This document shows, piece after piece, positions 1-8,858 of a stretch of 63,709 nucleotides of DNA (position 1 is its first letter; each line of letters opens with the position of its first letter). Under the pieces are notes generated by a model, which did not search any database, was not told the DNA's origin, and saw only the letters and a list, made by a program, of their open reading frames with translations. The position numbers were made by a program, and so were the translations under genes. Origin of the DNA: Gloeobacterales cyanobacterium (GTDB lineage Bacteria > Cyanobacteriota > Cyanobacteriia > Gloeobacterales > PMM-0068); NCBI GenBank assembly GCA_049582005.1, contig JBAUTB010000142.1:1-63709 (forward strand). The letters run 5' to 3'.

Positions 1-197
1 CCGGACTAAGATGCGGTTCAACGTGCCGAGCGTCAACTTCTGGGAATTTGTTCATCGCCGCTTGTGCTGCTTATTCTTACAAACGGCGTGATATCCTGCA
101 CAAATCCTCTGATCCTCTCCCCGTGGAGATATCCACAAACTGTATAATCACTGGTTAGGCATCGGAGCTCACTCCGAGATAATTCACTGGGAAGCCA

Positions 198-530
198 ATG
201 AGCGCCCGAGAACTCAACAAGAATCACCCGTTAGCATTCTTTGTTCTGATATATGCCATGAGCATTCCTTTCTGGCTCATCAACGTACATCTGGGCAAGA
301 GCGGACTTCCTGACAACATTCCTCTGACTGATATTGGCGCGACGCTCAGTCCTGCCATTGCCGCCTGCGTTTTGGTTTACAGAGAAAATGGCAAATCAGG
401 CTTGAAGCAGTTTCTTAGCCGCGTTTGTGACTACAGCAGAGTAAAAAATAAAAGGTGGCTGGTTGCGAGCATATTCCTAATGCTTGAAATGCTTATCTTA
501 ACTAAGGATCTTTTAATGCACACTCCTTGA
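198..530 (+). pseudogene. Possible N-terminal fragment of a CPBP (CAAX/Abi-type) intramembrane protease family protein
   Basis: The 110-aa ORF has two hydrophobic helices (AFFVLIYAMSIPFWLI, LSPAIAACVLVY) laid out like CPBP N-termini. It stops before any EExxxR / FxxxH / HxxxN catalytic motif could appear. A TATAAT lies at 143-148 upstream. Confidence 0.25.
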
Positions 531-582
531 GCATTGCTCTGAAAAATAGATTTTTATCCTTATGGAGTGCTGAAACCTCAGC

Positions 583-975
583 ATGGACGATTGGTATCAG
601 GCCACAAAAGCGCTCGAAAAGCTTAAGAGCGAATTGCAGAAAGATGTCGAACCCCACAAGGCAGTAGCAGGTAGCAATGTTGGTTGCTATGCCATCCTGT
701 GGTTTGCCTTAGATGAATTGGTCAACAAGTGCTTATCGCTTGGCGAACAGTATTTTGAATCGCTTGCAGAGTCCGATGAACCTGTATTGCAGGACTGCAT
801 TATAGCTTTGCAACAAGCAGAGAAAGCACTTCGTCAGGTGGCACTGATAATTGGGCAAGCACTCACTGAACAGGCCGAGGAGATTCCGGCAAGTTGCCGA
901 TCTGAGATTAATGCTTTCCAAGCCTGCGTTTATATCAAGATGAAGCTGCGCAGCGCCCGTCACCTCAAACGATGA
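583..975 (+). CDS. Hypothetical helical protein
   Basis: 130-aa ORF with no recognisable motif. It fills the gap in front of the str operon promoter. Confidence 0.3.
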   Translation: MDDWYQATKALEKLKSELQKDVEPHKAVAGSNVGCYAILWFALDELVNKCLSLGEQYFESLAESDEPVLQDCIIALQQAEKALRQVALIIGQALTEQAEEIPASCRSEINAFQACVYIKMKLRSARHLKR

Positions 976-1023
976 AACTTCTAGAAACACACAGCAGCAC
1001 CCTTTCAAAATACAAAACTTACC

Positions 1024-1053
1024 TTGACAAGGTACCCCATAAATTGGTATCTT
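1024..1053 (+). promoter_or_regulatory. Candidate sigma70-type promoter of the str operon
   Basis: TTGACA at 1024-1029 is followed by an 18-nt spacer and TATCTT at 1048-1053, about 35 nt upstream of the rpsL ATG at 1087. The promoter lies inside the 5' extension of the track ORF, which argues against that extension. Confidence 0.4.
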
Positions 1054-1086
1054 CAATCCTCGTTGCTTATACAGAATCGCGTCACT

Positions 1087-1476
1087 ATGCCCACAATTGC
1101 GCAGCTCATTCGTAATGAGCGTTTTGACCAGAAAAAGAAAACTAAATCTCCTGCGCTCAAATCTTGTCCGCAGCGTCGTGGCGTCTGTACAAGAGTGTAC
1201 ACAACCACTCCGAAGAAGCCCAACTCGGCGCTCCGGAAGGTTGCACGTGTACGCTTGACCTCTGGGTTTGAAGTAACTGCCTATATCCCTGGCATTGGCC
1301 ACAACCTTCAAGAGCACTCAGTCGTGATGATCCGGGGTGGCAGGGTGAAAGACCTCCCTGGAGTGCGTTATCACATTATCCGTGGAACCTTAGACACCGC
1401 AGGGGTGAAAGACCGGAAGCAAGGGCGCTCTAAGTACGGAGCCAAAACGCCCAAAGCAGCTACTGCGAAGAAGTAA
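1087..1476 (+). CDS. rpsL: 30S ribosomal protein S12
   Basis: [12 protein letters not shown]...[59 protein letters not shown] is canonical S12. I chose the internal ATG at 1087 over the track start at 1024. Confidence 0.97.
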   Translation: MPTIAQLIRNERFDQKKKTKSPALKSCPQRRGVCTRVYTTTPKKPNSALRKVARVRLTSGFEVTAYIPGIGHNLQEHSVVMIRGGRVKDLPGVRYHIIRGTLDTAGVKDRKQGRSKYGAKTPKAATAKK

Positions 1477-1515
1477 TTTATTCCCTGCCGCCTCATCTAA
1501 GGAGAGTTCAGAACC

Positions 1516-2013
1516 ATGTCCCGCCGTCGCATTAAGACCGATAAAGGGTTACGCCCCACCTACAAGAAACGCGCAACTACCGCTGATGGCGTATTTAACA
1601 GCCGTCTTGTGGCCATGATGGTGGCGAAACTCATGTTGGATGGCAAGAAGTCCGTATCAGAGAGCATATTTTACGGAGCTTTGGAGCGCATCAAAGAGCG
1701 TACGGGTGATGAACCCTTAGAAGTTTTTAACAACGCAGTGCGTAATGCAACGCCCTTGGTAGAAGTGAAAGCCCGTCGGGTAGGCGGAGCCACTTATCAA
1801 GTTCCTATGGAAGTGCGTGCAGATCGGGGGACAGCGCTGGCTTTGCGTTGGATCATTGCGGCTTCTCGCAAGCGCCCAGGCAAGTCCATGGTGGATAAGC
1901 TTTCCAATGAACTTATGGATGCAGCCAAGGAAACGGGTAATGCCATTCGTAAGCGGGAAGAAACCCACAAGATGGCAGAGGCAAACAAGGCTTTTGCCCA
2001 CTATCACTACTAA
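1516..2013 (+). CDS. rpsG: 30S ribosomal protein S7
   Basis: [33 protein letters not shown] and [17 protein letters not shown] are S7 hallmarks. The gene has its canonical position after rpsL. Confidence 0.95.
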   Translation: MSRRRIKTDKGLRPTYKKRATTADGVFNSRLVAMMVAKLMLDGKKSVSESIFYGALERIKERTGDEPLEVFNNAVRNATPLVEVKARRVGGATYQVPMEVRADRGTALALRWIIAASRKRPGKSMVDKLSNELMDAAKETGNAIRKREETHKMAEANKAFAHYHY

Positions 2014-2079
2014 GCTAAACTTGTAATGAAAGTTTGCATTTTTCACTTATAGGGCCAGCGTTAACGCAAGGAGGCAGTT

Positions 2080-4203
2080 GTGGCACGGGCTTATCCCCTT
2101 GAAAGGGTACGGAATATTGGAATCGCTGCGCACATTGATGCGGGCAAAACCACTACGACCGAGAGAATTCTTTTTTATTCAGGGGTTGTCCACAAACTGG
2201 GCGAAGTCCACGATGGTACTGCCGTGACAGACTGGATGGAGCAGGAGCGCGAGCGTGGCATCACGATTACCGCTGCCGCCATCTCGTCTCAATGGACCCA
2301 TAGAGACCCGAAAGACCCAAGTAAGGCAGCTCCTGGAGCTTTAGAGCACCGGATCAACATTATCGATACGCCTGGTCACGTCGATTTCACCATTGAAGTC
2401 GAGCGTTCCATGCGGGTACTTGACGGCGTTATCGTCGTCCTTTGTTCTGTGGGGGGCGTTCAGCCTCAGACTGAAACCGTATGGCGGCAAGCGGATCGAT
2501 ACAAAGTTCCCCGTTTCATCTTTGTAAATAAGATGGATCGCACAGGGGCCAATTTTTACAAAGTTTATGATCAAGCGGTCAATCGCCTGAGAGCGAATGC
2601 GGTTCCTATTCAAATCCCGATTGGCGAAGAATCCAATTTTTCTGGGGTGATTGACCTCGTCAGCATGCGTGCCCGCGTTTACTACGACGATGTTGGCAAC
2701 GACATTCGGGATGAGCCGATTCCTGCTGAATATGAAGAGAAAGCTCAAGAGTTCCGTGCTTTATTGCTGGAAAAAGTCGCTGAAACCGATGATGACCTGA
2801 TGATGAAGTACATGGAAGAAGAGCCCTTCACGGAAGAAGAAATCATGAAGGCGCTCCGTCAAGCGGTGATCGACAGCAAGATTGTTCCTCTGATTTGCGG
2901 TTCTGCGTTTAAGAATCGTGGGGTGCAAACGCTGTTGGACGCAGTCGTAGACTATCTACCCTCTCCCTTGGAAGTCAAGCCAATCAAAGGGATTCTTCCG
3001 AGTGGAGAAGAAACCGAGCGTCCTGCTGACGATAATGCCCCCCTTTCGGCGCTGGCCTTCAAGATTCAGTCAGACCCCTTCGTTGGCCGTTTGACCTTCG
3101 TCCGGGTTTACTCTGGAGTCCTTCAGAAAGGAACCTACGCCCTGAACGTCGGCAAAGGCAAACGTGAGCGGATTTCTCGCTTAGTCGTCCTGAAAGCTGA
3201 CGACCGAATTGAGGTGGATGAACTACGTGCAGGAGACTTAGGAGCCGTTGTTGGCCTCAAAGACACCACCACCGGAGATACGCTGGCTGATCCGGACAAT
3301 CCGATTGTGTTGGAATCTCTCTTCATCCCTGAGCCTGTTATTGAAGTAGCCGTTGAGCCCAAGACCAAAGCTGATTTGGATAAGCTCTCCAAAGCACTAC
3401 AAGCGCTCTCTGAAGAAGACCCAACCTTCCGGGTAAAAATTGACCCAGAAACCAACCAAACGATCATTGCTGGGATGGGTGAGCTTCACTTGGAAATCCT
3501 GGTAGACCGTATGTTGCGGGAATTCAAAGTGGAAGCAGATGTTGGCGCTCCTCAGGTGGGCTATCGCGAGACGGTGCGGAAGAATTCTCATGTGGACAAG
3601 AAGTTTATTCGTCAGTCCGGTGGTAAAGGTCAGTACGGCCACGTCGTTATTGATCTAGAACCTGCTGACGTGGGAACAGGCTTCCAGTTTGTGAACAAGA
3701 TTGTGGGCGGGGTCATCCCGAGAGAATACATTCCAGCGGTTGAAAATGGAGTGCGCGAAGCCTTAGAAGGCGGTGTGATCGCGGGCTATCCAGTCATCGA
3801 TGTGAAGATAACGCTCGTAGATGGCTCTTACCACGAAGTTGACTCTTCTGAAATGGCGTTCAAGATTGCTGGTTCTCAGGCCTTGAAAGATGCAGTGCGT
3901 CAAGCGGCTCCTGTCATCTTGGAACCCACGATGAAGGTGGAAGTTGAAGCCCCCGAAGATTTCTTAGGGGATGTGATGGGAGACTTGAACTCCCGTCGCG
4001 GTCAAATTGAAGGGATGGGTTCTGATGCTGGCCTTGCCAAAGTGACAGCTAAGGTTCCCCTGTCAGAAATGTTTGGTTATGCCACCGATATTCGCTCCAA
4101 GACCCAGGGGCGTGGTACCTTCTCTATGGAATTCAGCACCTATGAAGAGGTACCTCGGAACATTGCTGAACAGATCATCGCGAAAAATCAAGGGAAAGCG
4201 TAA
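2080..4203 (+). CDS. fusA: Elongation factor G
   Basis: GTG start preceded by AGGAGG. Contains [12 protein letters not shown] (G1), DTPGHVDF (G3) and NKMD (G4). Full-length at 707 aa and in str operon context. Confidence 0.97.
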   Translation: MARAYPLERVRNIGIAAHIDAGKTTTTERILFYSGVVHKLGEVHDGTAVTDWMEQERERGITITAAAISSQWTHRDPKDPSKAAPGALEHRINIIDTPGHVDFTIEVERSMRVLDGVIVVLCSVGGVQPQTETVWRQADRYKVPRFIFVNKMDRTGANFYKVYDQAVNRLRANAVPIQIPIGEESNFSGVIDLVSMRARVYYDDVGNDIRDEPIPAEYEEKAQEFRALLLEKVAETDDDLMMKYMEEEPFTEEEIMKALRQAVIDSKIVPLICGSAFKNRGVQTLLDAVVDYLPSPLEVKPIKGILPSGEETERPADDNAPLSALAFKIQSDPFVGRLTFVRVYSGVLQKGTYALNVGKGKRERISRLVVLKADDRIEVDELRAGDLGAVVGLKDTTTGDTLADPDNPIVLESLFIPEPVIEVAVEPKTKADLDKLSKALQALSEEDPTFRVKIDPETNQTIIAGMGELHLEILVDRMLREFKVEADVGAPQVGYRETVRKNSHVDKKFIRQSGGKGQYGHVVIDLEPADVGTGFQFVNKIVGGVIPREYIPAVENGVREALEGGVIAGYPVIDVKITLVDGSYHEVDSSEMAFKIAGSQALKDAVRQAAPVILEPTMKVEVEAPEDFLGDVMGDLNSRRGQIEGMGSDAGLAKVTAKVPLSEMFGYATDIRSKTQGRGTFSMEFSTYEEVPRNIAEQIIAKNQGKA

Positions 4204-4223
4204 CAAGAGAGGAATATAAACCC

Positions 4224-5453
4224 ATGGCTCGTGCTAAATTCGAACGGACCAAACCCCACGTCAATATCGGTACCATCGGTCACGTAGACCATGGCAAAAC
4301 CACCCTGACAGCAGCGATCACCATGACCCTTGCGGCCACCGGTGGTGCCAAGGCCAAGAAATATGACGAAATCGATGCTGCTCCTGAAGAGAAAGCACGG
4401 GGCATCACGATTAACACGGCACACGTCGAGTATGAGACCCCAGCTCGTCACTATGCGCACGTAGATTGCCCTGGTCACGCTGACTATGTCAAGAACATGA
4501 TCACCGGAGCCGCTCAAATGGATGGAGCGATTCTGGTTTGCTCCGCTGCCGATGGCCCTATGCCTCAGACCCGTGAGCACATCCTTTTGGCGCGTCAGGT
4601 TGGCGTACCCAAGCTGGTTGTTTTCTTGAACAAGCAAGACCAAGTCGATGATGAAGAACTACTAGAGCTCGTTGAACTGGAAGTTCGTGAGCTGCTTAGC
4701 TCCTATGATTTCCCTGGGGACGATGTTCCGATCACGATTGGTTCTGCTCTCCTGGCTTTGGAGCACATGGTTGCCAACCCTGCTACCAAGCGTGGCGACA
4801 ACGAGTGGGTAGACAAGATCTACGCCCTTATGGATACCGTCGATCAGTATATCGATACCCCTGTCCGTGACATTGATAAGCCCTTCTTGATGGCGGTAGA
4901 AGACGTATTCTCGATTACCGGTCGAGGTACGGTTGCTACCGGTCGTATTGAACGCGGCAAGGTCAAGATCTCTGATGAAATCGAAATCATTGGTATCCGC
5001 GATACCCGTAAAGCTACCGTCACTGGTCTAGAGATGTTCACCAAGACTCTGGATGAAGGGATGGCTGGAGACAACATTGGGGTGCTGCTGCGCGGCATCA
5101 AAAAAGAGGACATTGAACGGGGTATGGTTTTGGCCAAGCCTGGTTCCATTACTCCGCACACCCAGTTTGAAGGGGAAGTCTACGTCCTCTCGAAAGAAGA
5201 GGGAGGTCGCCATACTCCTTTCTTTACCAACTATCGTCCCCAGTTCTATGTTCGGACTACCGACGTAACCGGAACGATCAAGGGCTTCACCAGTGACGAG
5301 GGTGCTGCCATTGAAATGGTTATGCCTGGTGACCGTATCAAGATGACGGTTGAATTGATCCACCCAATCGCGATTGAGCAAGGAATGCGCTTTGCTATTC
5401 GTGAAGGCGGTCGTACCGTCGGGGCTGGTGTCGTTTCCAAGATCATTAAGTAG
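4224..5453 (+). CDS. tuf: Elongation factor Tu
   Basis: Contains [18 protein letters not shown] and NKQD. 409 aa, immediately downstream of fusA. Confidence 0.98.
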   Translation: MARAKFERTKPHVNIGTIGHVDHGKTTLTAAITMTLAATGGAKAKKYDEIDAAPEEKARGITINTAHVEYETPARHYAHVDCPGHADYVKNMITGAAQMDGAILVCSAADGPMPQTREHILLARQVGVPKLVVFLNKQDQVDDEELLELVELEVRELLSSYDFPGDDVPITIGSALLALEHMVANPATKRGDNEWVDKIYALMDTVDQYIDTPVRDIDKPFLMAVEDVFSITGRGTVATGRIERGKVKISDEIEIIGIRDTRKATVTGLEMFTKTLDEGMAGDNIGVLLRGIKKEDIERGMVLAKPGSITPHTQFEGEVYVLSKEEGGRHTPFFTNYRPQFYVRTTDVTGTIKGFTSDEGAAIEMVMPGDRIKMTVELIHPIAIEQGMRFAIREGGRTVGAGVVSKIIK

Positions 5454-5460
5454 ATCTTTG

Positions 5461-5500
5461 CAGGGGAGCTTGTTTTCGAACTCCCCTGACCTATTTTGTT
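5461..5500 (+). terminator. Hairpin with T-rich tail after tuf (terminator or attenuator)
   Basis: CAGGGGAG (5461-5468) pairs with CTCCCCTG (5481-5488), followed by CTATTTTGTTT. rpsJ follows, so read-through is likely. Confidence 0.45.
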
Positions 5501-5544
5501 TGAATCTAGCGATTGGTCCGTAAGGACCCATAAGGAATCAGTCC

Positions 5545-5862
5545 ATGGCTACTCTACAACAGCAAAAAATTCGGATTCGCTTACAGGCATTTGACCATGC
5601 TCTCTTAGACACTTCTTGCGACAAGATCGTGGAAACAGCGAACCGGACGAATGCCGCTTCTGTTGGTCCTATCCCCCTGCCAACCCGCCTGCGTCGCTAT
5701 TGCGTGCTGCGCTCACCCCACGTGGACAAAGACTCACGAGAGCACTTCGAAACCCGCACCCACCGTCGGATTATCGATATTTATCAGCCCACGGCTAAGA
5801 CCATTGATGCTTTGATGAAGCTCGACTTGCCGGCCGGCGTGGACATCGAAGTCAAACTGTAA
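5545..5862 (+). CDS. rpsJ: 30S ribosomal protein S10
   Basis: [19 protein letters not shown]...[23 protein letters not shown] is canonical S10. Confidence 0.97.
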   Translation: MATLQQQKIRIRLQAFDHALLDTSCDKIVETANRTNAASVGPIPLPTRLRRYCVLRSPHVDKDSREHFETRTHRRIIDIYQPTAKTIDALMKLDLPAGVDIEVKL

Positions 5863-5886
5863 GTTCAAAAACTCTTGTTACCCATT

Positions 5887-5913
5887 AAGGGGACTCCTGC
5901 GGTCCCTTTTTTG
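5887..5913 (+). terminator. Intrinsic terminator of the str operon
   Basis: GGGAC (5890-5894) pairs with GTCCC (5902-5906), with flanking A/T extension and a TTTTTT run at 5907-5912. Confidence 0.6.
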
Positions 5914-6105
5914 TTGGGGTTTCGGCTCCCTTCGGCAAGCGTTCATCTGAGCTCACCGTCGAAGCCTCAGCCGAACCACTCACGCCGAAGTCTCAGGGCA
6001 GGCCGCTCAACCCGCACAAAGAGGGCATATCTCATGTAATCGAGCATGGCTATCCATCGCAACGGGAGAATTTATTTCAAAAATCTTCATAGAAGCCGTA
6101 TAATT

Positions 6106-6196
6106 TCCCTAAGAAAGGGAGTAGTCCACCGCGCAAGCGGCCCTTCTAAATCGACATACTGGCGCAAAGCCCGGTTTAGAAGACAGATTTTCTGGG
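6106..6196 (+). promoter_or_regulatory. Candidate yybP-ykoY family (Mn2+-sensing) riboswitch aptamer
   Basis: AAAGGGAGUAG (6113-6123), UCGACAUAC (6150-6158) and GUUUAGAAGAC (6172-6182) match the conserved yybP-ykoY blocks GGGGAGUAG, UUGACAUA and UUUAGCAAGACC. P1 can form between CCCUAAGAAA (6106-6115) and UUUUCUGGGG (6187-6196). An internal CCGC-GCAA-GCGG tetraloop hairpin and an ACUGG/CCGGU hairpin are present. TATAAT at 6098-6103 sits just upstream. The downstream gene belongs to the UPF0016 Mn exporter family. Confidence 0.6.
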
Positions 6197-6274
6197 GACG
6201 AGACTTTCACTGTACCTGTTTAGTTCAGGGCGGTGGAATCTCGTCCTCGCCCATATCAAGAGGAAATCTGTTTC

Positions 6275-6568
6275 ATGGAAGTATTTGATTGGAAGTTGGT
6301 AGCTGTAACCTTTGGGTCCATCTTTTTAGCAGAGCTGGGGGATAAAACCCAATTGGCAACGATGATGATGAGTGCCCAAGCTCGTTCTCCCTGGGCTGTC
6401 TTCTTGGGCTCAGCCGCTGCTCTGGTCTGCACCAGTCTTCTCGGTGTTTTGGCAGGAGAGCTCGTAGGCCGCTACGTACCAGAAATCTATATCAAGGTCG
6501 GCGCTGGCATCGGCTTTATTTTGATCGGGACTATTCTACTCTGGAATACTTTCCTGATTAAAGTTTAG
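6275..6568 (+). CDS. UPF0016 (GDT1/TMEM165/Mnx-like) family membrane protein, single-domain form
   Basis: The E-x-G-D-K-T signature is present (FLAELGDKTQLATMMMSA), with three predicted TM helices. I chose the ATG at 6275, preceded by AAGAGGAA at 6258-6265, over the track start at 6233. Confidence 0.8.
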   Translation: MEVFDWKLVAVTFGSIFLAELGDKTQLATMMMSAQARSPWAVFLGSAAALVCTSLLGVLAGELVGRYVPEIYIKVGAGIGFILIGTILLWNTFLIKV

Positions 6569-6692
6569 AGATGAGGGTACTCTTCCTGGTAGGATAAGTA
6601 AGGTTAAGTTTACATTTAGTAACTTTTCGCCCCCGTGAATCTACTGAGATTCACCCAAAAATCCCTATTCCTTTTCCGAGAGGTGTTCCCTA

Positions 6693-7757
6693 GTGGTCAG
6701 TAGTCTAGACCGCACAGATATCCGTGCGAAAAATCGTGAGCTTTTAGGCCGTTTAGGGCAAGAAATTACTTATCAAGACGTACTGGCCACCATCCCTCGA
6801 GAATGCTTTGAAAAGGATACGATCCGCGGACTTGCAGCCGTAGCACTCCATTTGGTCATTTTGGCTACTTCCTATGCACTGCTCGCTATCGCTCCGGTTT
6901 GGGCCGCTCCTGTCCTCTGGGTTTGGATCGGTACCGTGCTCTGGGGAAATTTTGTACTGGCCCATGATTGCGGCCATCGCTCTTTCTCTCCCTACAAGTG
7001 GCTGAATGATTTCATTGGCCATACGCTCCTATTGCCAACCCTTTATCCTTTTCATTGCTGGCGGATTATGCATAATCGCCATCATGCCTGGACGAACCAT
7101 CAGGACAAGGACAATAGCTGGAAGACGTTAAAGCCAGAAGAATATAGGGCGATGTCTCCTTTGGATCGTTTTTTCTATCGTCATGTCCATGCCTACGCTT
7201 GGTGGTTTGCCTCCGAGATTCATCTCTTCCTCTTTCACTTCGATAAAAACAAGTTCCGGTCTCAAGAATGGCCTGAAGCTCGATTTTCGATTGGTGTAGT
7301 TCTAGCCTTCAGTGCGCTTTTCTTCCCGGCACTCCTCTACTTCACGGGCGTTTGGGGCTTTATTAGCTACTGGCTGATGCCTTGGGTCGTTTTTCACTTC
7401 TGGCTGAGTACCGTTACGCTGATTCACCACAACCATCCTGATATTCCCTACTACCCTGCTAAAGACTGGAATCCAGTCAAAGCTCAACTCTTCGGTACTG
7501 TGCACTGTAAATATCCTTGGTGGGTAGAACTGGTCTGCTACAAGATTGGAGTTCATATTCCTCATCACCTCTCTACAGCTATTCCCTACTACCACCTACC
7601 CGCAGCCCACAAGGCGATCAGAGCAAACTGGCCTGAATTCGTTCATGAATCAACCTTCAACTGGTCCTATGTGCAAACGATTGTGGGCCACTGCCATCTC
7701 AGCGACAAAGAGGGCTATCACGTACCCGTAAGTACCGTAGATAACCAACTGAAGTAA
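6693..7757 (+). CDS. Acyl-lipid fatty acid desaturase (DesA/DesB-like, delta12/omega-3 type)
   Basis: Three histidine boxes are present: HDCGHRSF, HNRHH and HIPHH. GTG start, 354 aa, multiple TM helices. Confidence 0.85.
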   Translation: MVSSLDRTDIRAKNRELLGRLGQEITYQDVLATIPRECFEKDTIRGLAAVALHLVILATSYALLAIAPVWAAPVLWVWIGTVLWGNFVLAHDCGHRSFSPYKWLNDFIGHTLLLPTLYPFHCWRIMHNRHHAWTNHQDKDNSWKTLKPEEYRAMSPLDRFFYRHVHAYAWWFASEIHLFLFHFDKNKFRSQEWPEARFSIGVVLAFSALFFPALLYFTGVWGFISYWLMPWVVFHFWLSTVTLIHHNHPDIPYYPAKDWNPVKAQLFGTVHCKYPWWVELVCYKIGVHIPHHLSTAIPYYHLPAAHKAIRANWPEFVHESTFNWSYVQTIVGHCHLSDKEGYHVPVSTVDNQLK

Positions 7758-7774
7758 GTCTCCTCATTTCTTAC

Positions 7775-7805
7775 AAAAAGCCCTTCTTCCACAGAGGGGC
7801 TTTTT
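7775..7805. terminator. Bidirectional hairpin terminator between the convergent desaturase and fbp genes
   Basis: AAAAAGCCC (7775-7783) pairs with GGGCTTTTT (7797-7805). The A-run and T-run flanks let it work on both strands. Confidence 0.55.
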
Positions 7806-7832
7806 GTAATGGAGTGAATGAAGTCCTGTCTT

Positions 7833-8858
7833 TTACACCAACGCTGGGTCAGCCATATACTGTTCTGCCAAAGTTACTTCATGGGGACTGCCCATAATCA
7901 CAGGCACCCGCTGGTGAAGCTGGGTAGGGACAATATCAAGAATGCGCTCTGTGCCTGTAGTAGCTTTTCCTCCCGCCTTTTCAAGGACGTAGGCCAGAGG
8001 ATTGGCTTCATAGAGGAGACGGAGCTTGCCCTCGGGATTTTTAGCCGTTCCGGGATAGAGGAAAACCCCTCCATGCAAAAGAGTGCGGTGGATATCGGCA
8101 ACCAGAGAACCGACATAGCGTCCACTGTAGCCCTTCGTGTTCTTGATATGGTCCACGTAGGCTTGAATTTGAGGAGACCAATTTTGATAGTTGGCCTCGT
8201 TCACGCTGTAATACTTACCCTTCTCCGGAATACGCATATGGGGGTGAGAAAGCAGAAATTCTCCAATCCCCGCATCCAGGGTAAAGCCATTCACTTCATC
8301 CCCGGTGCTGTAGACCATCATGGTGCTCGGACCATAAAGAATATAGCCAGCGGCGACTTGCTGGACTCCAGGCTGGAGCAAACTTGCTTCCGGTGAAACG
8401 GCATGCTTTTGACGAAGCACAGCAAAACTAGAGCCAACCGTAACATCACAGTCCAGGTTAGAAGACCCATCTAAGGGGTCAATCAAAAGAGAATAGCCGC
8501 CCACGGGACAGGCCTGAATTAAATGCTCTGGGCCTTCCAGCTCTTCAGAAACCAAGACACAGATTAGGCCGGTATCTCGGAAAGCCCGGATAAAGGTTTC
8601 GTTGGCGTACTCATCCATTTTGCGGACTTCTTCGCCTTGAACGTTAATATCGCCTGTAAAACCAAGTGCTTCCTCGATCAACCCTGCCCGGCTCAGTTCA
8701 CGACTAATTACCCGTGCCGCCAGACTAATTTGAATGAGCAGGGCACTAAATTCCCCTGTGGCCTCTACTTGTTTGCGTTGATTTTGGAGAATGAAATTAT
8801 GTAGCGTAATGCCTCTCGTAGATTCCATAATGTCCTCTTTCATGGATGGACTATACAA
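7833..8858 (-). CDS. fbp: Class 1 fructose-1,6-bisphosphatase
   Basis: [34 protein letters not shown] and [17 protein letters not shown] are typical FBPase class 1 motifs. The true start may be the MESTRG Met at 8828. Confidence 0.9.
   Translation of the reverse strand: MYSPSMKEDIMESTRGITLHNFILQNQRKQVEATGEFSALLIQISLAARVISRELSRAGLIEEALGFTGDINVQGEEVRKMDEYANETFIRAFRDTGLICVLVSEELEGPEHLIQACPVGGYSLLIDPLDGSSNLDCDVTVGSSFAVLRQKHAVSPEASLLQPGVQQVAAGYILYGPSTMMVYSTGDEVNGFTLDAGIGEFLLSHPHMRIPEKGKYYSVNEANYQNWSPQIQAYVDHIKNTKGYSGRYVGSLVADIHRTLLHGGVFLYPGTAKNPEGKLRLLYEANPLAYVLEKAGGKATTGTERILDIVPTQLHQRVPVIMGSPHEVTLAEQYMADPALV

Noticed and set aside
1024-1086. The 5' extension of the rpsL ORF (track start 1024).
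   Set aside because: The extension contains a good TTGACA-18-TATCTT promoter and has no S12 homology. Canonical S12 begins MPTI at 1087.
5028-5531. Long antisense ORFs inside tuf and fusA (for example 5028-5531, 4188-4643, 2341-2748, 3135-3467).
   Set aside because: These are shadow ORFs opposite highly conserved genes. They have no motifs and would overlap essential CDSs entirely.
6046-6288. An 80-aa ORF upstream of the UPF0016 gene.
   Set aside because: It overlaps the promoter and the riboswitch-like leader. Its composition is basic and low-complexity, with no motif. It is better explained as non-coding.
7818-8396. A 192-aa ORF antisense to fbp.
   Set aside because: It is fully contained in the FBPase gene on the other strand and has no motif.
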